In this document: piece after piece, positions 20,382 through 30,132 of the stretch | Position numbering within the stretch: position 1 is the stretch's first letter | Layout of the letters: the number at the start of each line of letters is the position of its first letter | Assembly (NCBI GenBank): GCA_963707215.1 | Contig: CAVPPB010000003.1 | Coordinates: 1,280,001-1,344,000, forward strand | Source: an uncultured Chloroflexia bacterium | Lineage (GTDB): Bacteria; Chloroflexota; Limnocylindria; Limnocylindrales; CSP1-4 | Direction: 5' to 3' | Length of the DNA: 64,000 nucleotides | Made by a program: the position numbers and the translations under genes | Notes under the pieces: generated by a model | Seen by the model: the letters and a program-made list of their open reading frames with translations, nothing else | The model's database searches: none | Told to the model about the DNA's origin: nothing

Positions 20382-20560
20382 GGCCTACCCCCTTGATCGG
20401 TGCACCAAGTCTGCCCGTGGCTCGGCGCGGTCCGATGCGGCGGCCGTGGGCACGAACCGAGCGTCAGCGGCCCCCGCGCCATGGCGGTCAGGGTGCCGGT
20501 CATGGAACGTACGGGTCTAGAGGACGAGGGCCTGAACGGTCGCGGCCCCGTCGTCGATCA

Positions 20561-20720
20561 TGCTCGCGAACCGAAGGATGATCGGGGCCTTCACCGCTCC
20601 GTGGTCCGTGCTCAGCTCGGCACTGGGCCGCTCCCGCCGCAGCGGCTCCGAAGCACGTCCGCTACCAGGCTGCGCTCCACCCCGCCCGGTTCGCGCTCAC
20701 GAACTCCACATGACTTGCGA
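20561..20720. repeat. tRNA-Pro 5'-half repeat B with shared flanks
   Basis: 20645-20720 aligns to 19078-19153 (tRNA 5' half plus upstream flank); 20561-20693 aligns to 25454-25589. Confidence 0.85.
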
Positions 20721-20809
20721 GCGGACCGTTTCGGCCTGCAGCGCTCGAACACGCGCTATGGTGCTCGCGCGCAAGGCCGACCCCATCGGAACTCGCCGGG
20801 AAAGGACTC

Positions 20810-23563
20810 GTGAAGCAGGAGCTCGATCGCCGGCTCGTTGCGGTGGCCTTCACCGACATGGTCGGCTACTCCACGCTGATCCAGGCGGACGAGCGCCTGG
20901 CCGTCGACAAGCGCGACCGGTACTGGCGCGCGGTCGACCGTCAGCACCGGGCCTTCGGCGGGACGATCGTGCAGCGACTCGGCGATGGCAGCATGAGCAT
21001 GTTCCCGAGCGCGCTCGCGGCCGTCCAGGCCGCAGTCGAGATCCAGCGTGGGCTCGCCGCCGAGGACGTCCCGGTGCGCATCGGCATCCACGTGGGCGAG
21101 GTGACGGTCGAGCGAGAGCGGCTCACCGGTGAGGCGGTGAACATCGCCTCCAGGATCGAGTCCTTCGCGGTGCCCGGCGGGGTGATGCTGTCGGACACCG
21201 CGTACGACCACCTCAGGAACCGGACGGATGTGGCCGTCGTCAGCCTGGGACGGTTCAGGCTCAAGAACGTCGGTCGTCCCCTGGAGCTCTTCGCCCTCGC
21301 CGATGACGGCATCGTCGTGCCGGATCCGCGGGTGCTCGAGGGCAAGGGCGAGCGGTTCGCGAGCCTGCCGAGCCACCTCCCCGACCCGGTCGGACCATTG
21401 CTCGGTCGCGCCGCCGACCTCGAGGCGCTCGTCGCGCTGGTCCGAGAGCATCGGGTGGTCACGATTACCGGCCCGGGCGGCGTCGGGAAGACCCGCTTCA
21501 TGGTCGAGCTCGGCCGGGTGCTCGCCCCGGACTTCCTGGACGGTGTCGCATTCATCCCGCTGGCCGACGTCCTCGAGGCCGATGCCTTGGTCCCAGCTCT
21601 CGCCGCTGCGCTGGACGTGAAGGAGGCCGAGGAACGGACGCTGGGCGACGGAGTCATCTCGCTGATCGGTGACAAGAAGGCGCTCCTGCTCCTAGACAAC
21701 CTCGAGCAGATCGTGGCGGCTGCTCCGGAGGTCGCCCGGCTGGTGGCGGCCTGCCCGGGCCTGCGGATCGTCGTCACCAGCAGGACCCTGCTGCGGATCT
21801 CGGCTGAGCGGGAGTTCCCGCTTGCACCGCTCGCGCTCCCGACCTCGTCCGACCCGGGTCCGTCCGCGTCGCTCCTCGATTACCCGGCCGTCGCGCTGTT
21901 CGTCGAGCGGGCCCGCGCCTCGAAGGGCAGCTTCGAGCTCACGCCGGAGAACGCGCGTGCGGTGACCGAGGTGTGCCGTCGCCTGGACGGTCTTCCCCTT
22001 GCGCTCGAGCTCGCTGCCGCGCGGCTTCGGATCCTGTCACCCGAGGCGCTCCTGGAGCGGCTCGACAGAGCCCTGAACGTCCTGACCTCCGGTCCCCGCG
22101 ACATCGCCGAACGACACCAGACCCTGCGTGCCACCATCGACTGGAGCCACGCGCTGCTGATCGATCCGGAGCAGCGTCTCTTCCGGCGGATGGCCGTGTT
22201 CGTCGGGGGTTGCACCCTCGAGGATGTCGAGGCGGTCTGCTCCGAGCCGGGCGAGACCAGCCTCGAAGAGCTGGAGTCGCTCGTCGACAAGGCGCTCGTA
22301 CAGGCGGCCGGCCAGGACGACAGGTTCCGGATGCTCCAGACGATCGGCGAGTATGCCCATGAGCGCCTCGAGGACTCCAGCGAGGCCGATACGATCGCGC
22401 TGCGGCATGCCCGACGGTATGCCGCGCTGGGGCGTGGCATCCGGGATGGCATCGAGGGCATCGACCAGGTCGGCGCCGTCGAACGCGGGATCATGGAGGA
22501 GGGCAATCTCCAGGCCGCGCTGGACACGCTCCTGGCGTCCGCGAAGCTGGGGGACACGATCGCACTCGAGCAGGGTCTGCAGCTGACCGGCGACCTGTGG
22601 ATGTACTGGCACATCCGCGGCAAGAACCTCAGCTCGAAGGAGTACGCGACCGCCTTTCTCGATCTCGATCCTGAGGGTGCTCCCACCGTCGGGCGCGCGG
22701 GCGCCCTGATGACGGTGGGCCTCGCATCCTGGATCTCCGGGCAGTCCGCGCGAGCGGCCGACGAGTGGGGCGAGGCGTATCGCATCGCCGCGGAGCTCGA
22801 TGCCGGGCGCGAGCTGTGCCTCACCGCGTTCTGCCGGGCCCTCGCGGTGCTCGGGTCCGACGTCGACCTTGGGCTCGCGCTGTCGCAGGAGAGCGCCGAG
22901 CGATCCGGAGCGCTCGGGTTCACCTGGGCTCACTCGTGGGCCTTGACCTTCGAGGGGATGCTCCACGCGGTGTCGGGCGATCTCGATGCGGCAACGGCGA
23001 GGTACGCCGACGCGCTGGCGATCCAGCAGCGACTCGGCGACCACGAGGGGGCAGGCATGTCGATCGGCGGCCTTGCCGGATCAGCCGCCGCTCGTGGCGA
23101 CCTGGTCGCCGCCATCGACCTGTACGGCCGGTCGCTCGCGGCATTCGAGACGATCGGCGACCGTGGCGAGGAAGCCAGGATCCTGTCCGAGATCGCCTGG
23201 GCGCATCTCCGGAACGACGACCCGGAGCTGGCACGCAGCTATTTCTTCAAGGCTGCCCAGGCACATACCGACGTGGCCAGCGTCCGTGGAGTAGGGCTGT
23301 CCCTGATCGGGCTGGCGGCCACGGAAGCGGTCGAGCTCCGACCCGAGCGCGCCGTGCAGATCGCGGCGGCGGCCGAGGTCCATGCCGCGCAGGAGGGCAT
23401 CGTCGTGGTCTACTCCGACGAGAACCCGGGTCGTGCGTTCGTCGAGCAGGCACGCGCATCGCTGTCGGACGCGGACGTCGCCCGGGCCACGGAGATCGGC
23501 CGCCGGCTCACGATCAAGCAGGCCCTCGACCTCGCCAGGAGGGCCGATCCGGCTCCTGACTAG
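20810..23563 (+). CDS. Class III nucleotidyl cyclase + STAND (NB-ARC-like) NTPase + TPR protein
   Basis: FTDMVGYS, GDG, RIGIHVG, VNIASRI; Walker A GPGGVGKT, LLLDNLEQ, LDGLPLALELAAAR; helical repeats. Confidence 0.9.
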   Translation: MKQELDRRLVAVAFTDMVGYSTLIQADERLAVDKRDRYWRAVDRQHRAFGGTIVQRLGDGSMSMFPSALAAVQAAVEIQRGLAAEDVPVRIGIHVGEVTVERERLTGEAVNIASRIESFAVPGGVMLSDTAYDHLRNRTDVAVVSLGRFRLKNVGRPLELFALADDGIVVPDPRVLEGKGERFASLPSHLPDPVGPLLGRAADLEALVALVREHRVVTITGPGGVGKTRFMVELGRVLAPDFLDGVAFIPLADVLEADALVPALAAALDVKEAEERTLGDGVISLIGDKKALLLLDNLEQIVAAAPEVARLVAACPGLRIVVTSRTLLRISAEREFPLAPLALPTSSDPGPSASLLDYPAVALFVERARASKGSFELTPENARAVTEVCRRLDGLPLALELAAARLRILSPEALLERLDRALNVLTSGPRDIAERHQTLRATIDWSHALLIDPEQRLFRRMAVFVGGCTLEDVEAVCSEPGETSLEELESLVDKALVQAAGQDDRFRMLQTIGEYAHERLEDSSEADTIALRHARRYAALGRGIRDGIEGIDQVGAVERGIMEEGNLQAALDTLLASAKLGDTIALEQGLQLTGDLWMYWHIRGKNLSSKEYATAFLDLDPEGAPTVGRAGALMTVGLASWISGQSARAADEWGEAYRIAAELDAGRELCLTAFCRALAVLGSDVDLGLALSQESAERSGALGFTWAHSWALTFEGMLHAVSGDLDAATARYADALAIQQRLGDHEGAGMSIGGLAGSAAARGDLVAAIDLYGRSLAAFETIGDRGEEARILSEIAWAHLRNDDPELARSYFFKAAQAHTDVASVRGVGLSLIGLAATEAVELRPERAVQIAAAAEVHAAQEGIVVVYSDENPGRAFVEQARASLSDADVARATEIGRRLTIKQALDLARRADPAPD

Positions 23564-23824
23564 ACCTGGATCGCAGCCGATCGGTCGCGCCTGATGCTGC
23601 GCGTCATCGCATCTCCGGTCCCTGGTCGCTCCAGGTCGAGGATGGTCAACCCCCCTTCCGTCTACAGTGATGACCGCTTGTGACCCGGAGCAGAGGCGCC
23701 CGACGCGGTCGGTCGTCGCGGGGCGAGATCGACCCGGGGGAGTGGGCCCGGGCCGCCTCGGTTGAAGACTGCCGTCCGCGCCACCTCGGAGAGCACCGCG
23801 AGCAGTCACTGAAGGAGGATCTCC

Positions 23825-25021
23825 GTGGACACGAACCCGGTCATCGAGATGCTTGGCCGTCCGCTGCGCCTCGCCGTGATCGGCGGTGGCCCGGGCAGCT
23901 TCATCGGTGCGATGCACCGAACGGCCGCACGACTCGATGGTCGCTATGAGATCGCGGCCGGGGTGGTCTCGTCCGATCCCGAGCGATCCCAGGAGGCGGC
24001 CGCCGGAATGGGGATCGATCCCTCCCGCGCCTATGCCGATGCGATCGGGATGCTCGACGCGGAGAGCGAGCGCGAGGACGGTGCCGAGGTCGTCGCCATC
24101 ATGACCCCCAACGACAGCCATCATCGGTATGCCCTGGCAGCCCTGGGTCGTGGCTTCGACGTCATCTGCGAGAAGCCCATGACGAACACGCTTGACGAGG
24201 CCCTGGACATCGTTCGGAAGGTCGACGCCACCGGGCTGGTCTTCTGCCTCACGCACAACTACACCGGATACCCGATGGTGCGCCAGGCTCGCGCGCTCGT
24301 TGAGGATGGGCAGGTCGGTGAGATCAGGCTGGTCCAGGTCGAGTACGTACAGGGAGGCAAGGCCGACGAGTCCGACCCTGATCCGGTCGACGGGTTGCCC
24401 TGGCGCTATCACCCCGTGCGAGGCGGACCGTCGCTCGTGATGGGCGACATCGGAACGCACGCCCACAACCTGGTGCGATTCGTGAGCGGTCTCGAAATCA
24501 CGGAAGTCGCCGCTGAGATCGGGCACGTGATCCCGGAACGGCCTGTCGACGACTACGGCGCCGCCATGTTGCGCTTCGACAACGATGCGCGCGGGACCTT
24601 CTGGGTCACACAGACCGCCGCTGGGGTGGAGAACAGTCTCTGGATCCGAGTGTCTGGCACGAAGGGCAGCCTGGAGTGGCATCAGGAACGGCCGACGCGG
24701 CTCACCTTCAAGCCGCTCGAAGGACCTGTTCGCGTGTACACGCCGAATGGGCCCGGGGCTCTGCCAACTTCGGCCCGAGCGTGCCGGATCGTCGCCGGGC
24801 ACCCGGAGGGATTCCATGAAGCCTTCGCCAACATCTACTCGGACGCTGCCGAGGTGATCGCCGCGCGGCGCACGGGCCGGGAGCCCGATCCGCAGGCGCT
24901 GCAGTTCCCGAACGAACGCGACGGCGCGGTCGGGGTGAAGTTCGTCGAGGCGGCGGTCGCGTCGAGCGACGCCAACGGTATCTGGACGGACGCCAAGCTC
25001 TTGCTCGAGGAGAAGTCGTGA
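23825..25021 (+). CDS. Gfo/Idh/MocA oxidoreductase (sugar dehydrogenase-like)
   Basis: GGGPGSFIG, CEKP, HNYTGYPMV, DIGTH and GHPEG motifs. Confidence 0.9.
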   Translation: MDTNPVIEMLGRPLRLAVIGGGPGSFIGAMHRTAARLDGRYEIAAGVVSSDPERSQEAAAGMGIDPSRAYADAIGMLDAESEREDGAEVVAIMTPNDSHHRYALAALGRGFDVICEKPMTNTLDEALDIVRKVDATGLVFCLTHNYTGYPMVRQARALVEDGQVGEIRLVQVEYVQGGKADESDPDPVDGLPWRYHPVRGGPSLVMGDIGTHAHNLVRFVSGLEITEVAAEIGHVIPERPVDDYGAAMLRFDNDARGTFWVTQTAAGVENSLWIRVSGTKGSLEWHQERPTRLTFKPLEGPVRVYTPNGPGALPTSARACRIVAGHPEGFHEAFANIYSDAAEVIAARRTGREPDPQALQFPNERDGAVGVKFVEAAVASSDANGIWTDAKLLLEEKS

Positions 25022-25437
25022 TGCCTGAACGCAGGGAGATCGGACATGCAGAGGCTCGTGGCCTCGTCGCCATGATCATGGACCGACTCGAGGCCAACGG
25101 AGAAGGTGCCGCGGTGGCCGTCGTCGACCCTCACGGCGAGCTCGTCGCGTTCCTCCGCACCGATGGCTGTGGATTGGCGTCGATCAACATCGCGATCCAC
25201 AAGGCGTTCACGGCGGCTCGCGAGCGTGTCGAATCCAGCGTCCTCGGAGAGCGGTCCCGAACGGAGGGCTTCCCCATCACCAACTTCGGGGACCCACGGT
25301 ACGTGGGATGGGGAGGTGGGGTCCCGATCACCGTGGGCGATGTCGTGATCGGAGCCGTCGGGGTGAGCGGCCTGCCAGAAGCCGCCGACATCGAACTGGC
25401 CCGTTGGGCGGCCGCGAGTCTCGCCGCCGCCCGTTGA
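25021..25437 (+). CDS. GlcG/HbpS family heme-binding protein
   Basis: VAVVDPHG, KAFTA and GGVPI...IGAVGVSG motifs. Confidence 0.88.
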   Translation: MPERREIGHAEARGLVAMIMDRLEANGEGAAVAVVDPHGELVAFLRTDGCGLASINIAIHKAFTAARERVESSVLGERSRTEGFPITNFGDPRYVGWGGGVPITVGDVVIGAVGVSGLPEAADIELARWAAASLAAAR

Positions 25438-25453
25438 CCTGAGCCCGACGCCC

Positions 25454-25589
25454 TGCTCGCGAACCGCTCGATGTCCGGCGCCTTCGCCACTCGACCGGTC
25501 CTGCTCGGGACCCCCGACGCTACGCCGCTCCCGCCCCGGCAGCTCCAAGGCACCTGCGCCACCAGGCTGCGCCACCCCCGATCGGTTCG
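25454..25589. repeat. tRNA-Pro 5'-half repeat C with a left flank shared with repeat B
   Basis: gctccaaggcacctgcgccaccaggctgcgccacccccg at 25542-25580; TGCTCGCGAACCG and GCCGCTCCCGCC shared with 20561 and 20627. Confidence 0.8.
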
Positions 25590-25640
25590 GCCGATCGTCG
25601 CCATGGCCGGAAGGGCCCTCGACGCCTGGCCGGTCGGCGT

Positions 25641-26929
25641 CTACCGCGTGGCGCTGCCGGCCGCCCCCGCGCGGGAGCGAGGCACCGTATCCGGCCCATC
25701 GGACGACTCCGATGCCTTCGCTCGGCTCCGCTGGGCAAGGCGGGCCAGCGCGGTCCCCAGGCGCGCCGCCCGGGCCGTGGCCTCGGGAGTGGCGGGCCCG
25801 GCGACGATGCCTGTCGCCTTGAGGGCCGCGACTTCGTCCGCCGGGAACCCGGCGGACGCGAGGACGTCGAGCGTGTCCTCACCGAGACCGGGCGCGCCCC
25901 GACCATCGCCATCCCCGGCCGCTGCCCGAAGTGGGGTGACGACGTGCATGCCAGCGCCCTCGCCGACGATGAGGCCGCGGGCTCGGACGTGCGGGTCGAG
26001 CTCGACCTCCGCCGGCGTGTTCACGGGTACCACGCAGGCGTCGTCCCCGAGCTCGGCCAGCCAATCGGCGCCAGTTCGCGACCCGAAGATGCCGGCCAGC
26101 TCTGCGATGGCGGACGGGTCGAACTGCCGCGGCACGAGATCCTCGCGCTCGATGGCCCGGCAGAAGGCCACCCAGAACTGCGGCTCCAGGGCGCCCAGGG
26201 CCAGCCAGCGGCCGTCCGAGGCGGCGTAGACGCCGTAGCAGGGGTAGGCGCCGGCAAGCGGACCGGGCGCGGAGCCGGCGGTCTCCAGCCCGGCGCCGAG
26301 CGGGCCGAGCCAGGCCACGATCGCGTCGAGGACCGCGACATCGAGCACGGCACCCTCCCCCGTACGTTCGCGTCGGAAGAGCGCGCTGACGATCTCGAGC
26401 GCAGCGAGCGTCCCTCCGGCCAGGTCCGCGATCTGCAGGCCGGGCGGGACGGGCCGGATCCCGGCCGAGCCCAGGACCGACAGCACGCCGCCGACGGCCA
26501 GGTAGTCGAGATCGTGGCCGGGCCGGTCACGGTAGGGGCCTTCCTGCCCGTAGCCGGTCAGGGCGCAGTAGACGACGTCCGGGTTGACCTCGAGGACGTC
26601 GTCGGGCCCGAGCCCCCGGCGCTCCAGCTGGCCAGGCAGGGACGACCCGAGGAAGACGTCGGCGTCCCGGGCCAGGCGCAGCACCACGTCGCGGCCACGG
26701 GGCAAACGGTAGTTGACCGCGATGCTCCGCTTGCCGCGGTTGACGGCCTCGAAGAAGCCACCGAACCCGAGCTCGGGGGAGCGATCCGGGCGTAGTCCCC
26801 GGCGAGCGGGGTCTCGACCTTGATGACTTCGGCCCCGAGATCCGCCAGCAGCAGGGAACACCACGGTCCCGGGAGCAGCCGGGACAGGTCCAGCACTCGG
26901 ATCCCATCGAGCGGTCGGCCGAGCGACAC
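25641..26929 (-). CDS. CaiB/BaiF family CoA transferase, -1 frameshift in a C-run at about 26775-26779
   Basis: [17 protein letters not shown]...[11 protein letters not shown] in one frame; NRGKRS, GYGQEGP and GHDLDY in another. Confidence 0.88.
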
Positions 26930-27263
26930 CTGCGGTCCCCCTCGACGGAATCGTGCTCCACTCATGTCCGGTCGCCAGTGCCGGATGGCCCGGCGGGTCG
27001 TGCGCGCAACACGGGCGACCCATGGGTCGTCTGAGGGGCCGACGCCGGGTGGTCGTTGGCAGGCTGAGGGACCGCCCGGCGTCTCCACGTCTCGTGCGAC
27101 GCGGGCGCCACGGCATCCGCCCCCTGGCTGGAACCGGACCTTCGGGCGCACGGGCTCGGCTTCCCCGTCCCCGGACGGCCTGCTATCCTCGTGCCGCCTG
27201 TGCCCGGCAGACGCGGTCGCCCCAGCGGCCGTCGTTCCGCCGTACCGTCGACCTGGAGGGTCC

Positions 27264-28742
27264 GTGTCAGCGCACAGGCAGCCCACCTACCGCGCCCCCG
27301 GCGAGCGTCGCTACGCGGCGGCGAGAGTCCAGGCTGAGCCTCGGTCGACGGCCCGCGTCCGGAACGTCGAGCCCGGGCACCCGGGCAGCAGACGATCGAC
27401 CGGGGAGACATCCCCGAGGCCTCGGTCAGTCATCGCCGGCCGACGGCGGGTGACGGCAGCTGCCCTGTCGTCCCTTCTCCCCGGCCTTGGCCAGCTGGCC
27501 AATGGGCGACGGACGCTGGGAGTGAGACTCCTGGCCCCCTTCCTGGTCGCGGTCGGGATCGCGGGAATCCTGATCGTCTCGGTCCCCCCACTCCGGCTGC
27601 TGGCGACCCTGGTGTCGCCGACAGCCCTCGATCTGCTGGCGACCCTGAGCCTGGTCCTCTTGGCATGGCGGTCGTTCGCAGTGATCCAGGCCTTCTCGGA
27701 TGGACGGCATCCGGGCCGTCCGTCGCCGGGCGCGGTCGCCGGCCTGTCGCTCGTCCTGGGGTTCGTCGCCCTGCCGCACCTCGTGGGCCACGTCTACATC
27801 GGTGCGGCCGACGATGCCTTCGGGCGATTCTTCGCCGGTAGCGCGGAGGACGACGGGGCCGACCTGTCGGGGGACGGCAGCGGGATCCCGGTCCCGGGGC
27901 CGGGCGATCGGTTGAACGTCCTGCTGATCGGGGTCGACAAGACGGAGCAGCGCGCCCACGCGCTCACGGACACGATCCTTCTCGCGTCGCTCGATCCCGT
28001 CGGCCGGACGGTCAGCTTGATCTCCATCCCGCGGGACGTGGCGATGGTCCCGCTGGGGAACGGGGACGTGTACGGCCCCAAGATCAACTCGCTCTACTCG
28101 TACGCCGCGACCCACCCGGACGAGTTCCCATCGGGGCCGACACGGACGCTCCAGGACGCGATCGGAGCGCTCCTGGACACGGACGTCCACTACTACGCGC
28201 GGATCGACATGGACGGGTTCCGACAGCTCGTGGACGTGGCCGGCGGGGTCACCGTTGACGTGCGGAAGGGCTTCTTCGACCCTTCCTACGGATTCGCCAA
28301 GGGCGTCCAGGGATGGGGCATCGAAGCCGGCGTCCACCATCTCGACGGCCGGGAGGCGCTGGCCTTTGTCCGCTCCAGGAAGGCCCCCGGGGAGAGCGAC
28401 TTCACCAGGGCTGCCCGCCAGCAACAGGTCCTCGTCGCGCTGTACCGGGGGCTTCTCGCCGACGGCAGCCTCCTCTTCCGTCTGCCCGACCTGCTGGATG
28501 CCTTCGGTGGCATGGTCAAGACCGACGTGCCACCCGCACGCCTGCCGGACCTGGCGGCGATCGCGGATGGGCTCGATCCGGACGCCGTTACCAGCGCCGT
28601 ACTGGAGGGACCCTTGCTCAAGCCGATGAAGAGCGAGTACGGCAACGTCTGGGTCCCGCGCGAAGATCGGATCGCAGCCCTCACCGCGGCCGTCCTCACC
28701 GACCCCGGCACGCCGCCGACCCCCTGGCCGCCGACTCGCTAG
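27264..28742 (+). CDS. LCP (LytR-CpsA-Psr) family glycopolymer ligase with N-terminal TMs
   Basis: [25 protein letters not shown] and [11 protein letters not shown]; GTG after GGAGG. Confidence 0.9.
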   Translation: MSAHRQPTYRAPGERRYAAARVQAEPRSTARVRNVEPGHPGSRRSTGETSPRPRSVIAGRRRVTAAALSSLLPGLGQLANGRRTLGVRLLAPFLVAVGIAGILIVSVPPLRLLATLVSPTALDLLATLSLVLLAWRSFAVIQAFSDGRHPGRPSPGAVAGLSLVLGFVALPHLVGHVYIGAADDAFGRFFAGSAEDDGADLSGDGSGIPVPGPGDRLNVLLIGVDKTEQRAHALTDTILLASLDPVGRTVSLISIPRDVAMVPLGNGDVYGPKINSLYSYAATHPDEFPSGPTRTLQDAIGALLDTDVHYYARIDMDGFRQLVDVAGGVTVDVRKGFFDPSYGFAKGVQGWGIEAGVHHLDGREALAFVRSRKAPGESDFTRAARQQQVLVALYRGLLADGSLLFRLPDLLDAFGGMVKTDVPPARLPDLAAIADGLDPDAVTSAVLEGPLLKPMKSEYGNVWVPREDRIAALTAAVLTDPGTPPTPWPPTR

Positions 28743-29386
28743 AAGCCGCGGCGTTGGAGCAGCGGCGCCATCGCCCGGGCGGCCCCGGCCCGATGCGAGA
28801 TCGCGTGCTTCTCCTCCGGCGCGTACAGTCCCAGCGTCCGCCCGCCCGGCGACTCCCCGGCCGGCTCGAAGATCGGGTCATAGCCGAAGCCGCCCGTCCC
28901 CCGCGGTCCGTCGGCGATCCGGCCGCGACAGGTACCCCGGGTCTCGGCGACGATCGGGAGGCCGCCCCGCGGGCCCGCCCCGTCGGGCAGGACGAAGCTC
29001 AGGACGCAGACGTACCGAGCGCCGCGCTCGGCCGGCGGTCGACCGGCAAGGACCTCGAGCAGCCTGGCGTTGTTGTCCTCGTCCGTGGCGGTCTCCCCGG
29101 CGAACCGCCGGGTCCGCACGCCCGGACCACCGTCGAGGGCGTCGACTTCGAGCCCGGAGTCGTCGGCCAGGGTCGGCAGGCCGGTCAGCCGCGCATAGAA
29201 CCGGGCCTTGAGTCTCGCATTCGCGGCGAACGTCCCGCCATCCTCGACCGGCTCCTCGGTCACCCCGAGGTCATCGAGCGAGACGAGTTCGGCGCGCGCC
29301 AGGTGGAGCAGCTCGCGGAGCTCGCGGAGCTTGTGCGCCGAATGGGTCGCAAGGACGATCCGGGGCCGGCGATCCCCGGTGACCAC
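28739..29386 (-). CDS. rdgB: RdgB/HAM1 non-canonical purine NTP pyrophosphatase
   Basis: ADDSGLEVDAL, GFGYDPIF and EKHAISHR motifs. Confidence 0.93.
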   Translation of the reverse strand: MVTGDRRPRIVLATHSAHKLRELRELLHLARAELVSLDDLGVTEEPVEDGGTFAANARLKARFYARLTGLPTLADDSGLEVDALDGGPGVRTRRFAGETATDEDNNARLLEVLAGRPPAERGARYVCVLSFVLPDGAGPRGGLPIVAETRGTCRGRIADGPRGTGGFGYDPIFEPAGESPGGRTLGLYAPEEKHAISHRAGAARAMAPLLQRRGF

Positions 29387-29397
29387 GGGCGAGCGCC

Positions 29398-30132
29398 TCA
29401 GCGGGGGACGCTGGCGAGCGCCTCCGCCTGGGCGGCGAAGAGCTGCTCGAGACCGTGGTTGGCGAGGTCGAGGAGGCCGTCGACGGCGGCCCGGTCGAAG
29501 GGCTCGCCCTCGGCCGTGCCCTGGAGCTCGACGTAGGTCCCGGCGTCGGTCCCGACGACGTTGAAGTCGACCTCGGCCGCCGAGTCCTCGGCGTAATCGA
29601 GGTCGAGCACCTGCATCCCGTCGACGATGCCGACGCTGACCGCCGCCACGTGGCCGGCGATGCAGCGCTCCATGCCGTAGGTGATGAGGGCCGCGGCCAG
29701 GGCGACGTAGCCGCCGGTGATCGAGGCGGTCCGGGTCCCGCCGTCGGCCTGGAGGACGTCGCAGTCGATCGCGACCGTCCGCTCACCGAGGCGGCCCAGG
29801 TCGACGACGCCGCGGAGCGACCGGCCGATGAGGCGCTGGATCTCGTGGGTCCGGCCGCCGATCCGGCCCCGCACGGACTCGCGGTCGGAGCGCTCCGAGG
29901 TCGCCCGCGGCAGCATCGAGTACTCGGCGGTGACCCAGCCGGAGCCCTTGCCGCGGAGGTGCGGCGGGACGCGGTCGAGGATGCTCGCGGCACAGAGGAC
30001 CTCCGTGTCGCCGACCTTGATGCGGCACGACCCCTCGGCCCACTTCTGGACCCCCAGGGTGAGCGAGACGGGCCGGAGCTGGTCCGCCCGACGCCCGTCG
30101 CCACGGCTGCTGGGTCGGTTGCCGATCGTCAT
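29398..30132 (-). CDS. rph: Ribonuclease PH
   Basis: [25 protein letters not shown] and [18 protein letters not shown] motifs. Confidence 0.97.
   Translation of the reverse strand: MTIGNRPSSRGDGRRADQLRPVSLTLGVQKWAEGSCRIKVGDTEVLCAASILDRVPPHLRGKGSGWVTAEYSMLPRATSERSDRESVRGRIGGRTHEIQRLIGRSLRGVVDLGRLGERTVAIDCDVLQADGGTRTASITGGYVALAAALITYGMERCIAGHVAAVSVGIVDGMQVLDLDYAEDSAAEVDFNVVGTDAGTYVELQGTAEGEPFDRAAVDGLLDLANHGLEQLFAAQAEALASVPR

Larger units (their letters stand above)
19078..25589. mobile_element. Putative tandem genomic islets at the 5' side of tRNA-Pro, bounded by tRNA 5'-half repeats; no integrase
   Basis: Decayed 5'-half copies at 20645-20684 and 25542-25580, shared flanks, accessory-type cargo. 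Confidence 0.6.

Noticed and set aside
20485-20684. Repeat B as an intron-containing or split tRNA (CACCCTGACC resembles the tRNA 3' end)
   Set aside because: There is no intact T arm, the D and anticodon arms are mutated, and no group I intron core is recognisable.
23685-23800. Lysine-riboswitch-like landmarks (AGAGGCGC ... ACTGCC ... GGAGAGC) in the 260-bp leader of the Gfo/Idh/MocA gene
   Set aside because: The span is about 100 nt against about 170 expected, P1 pairs poorly, the AGUA/GAA loop-E and kissing-loop elements are missing, and the downstream gene is unrelated to lysine.
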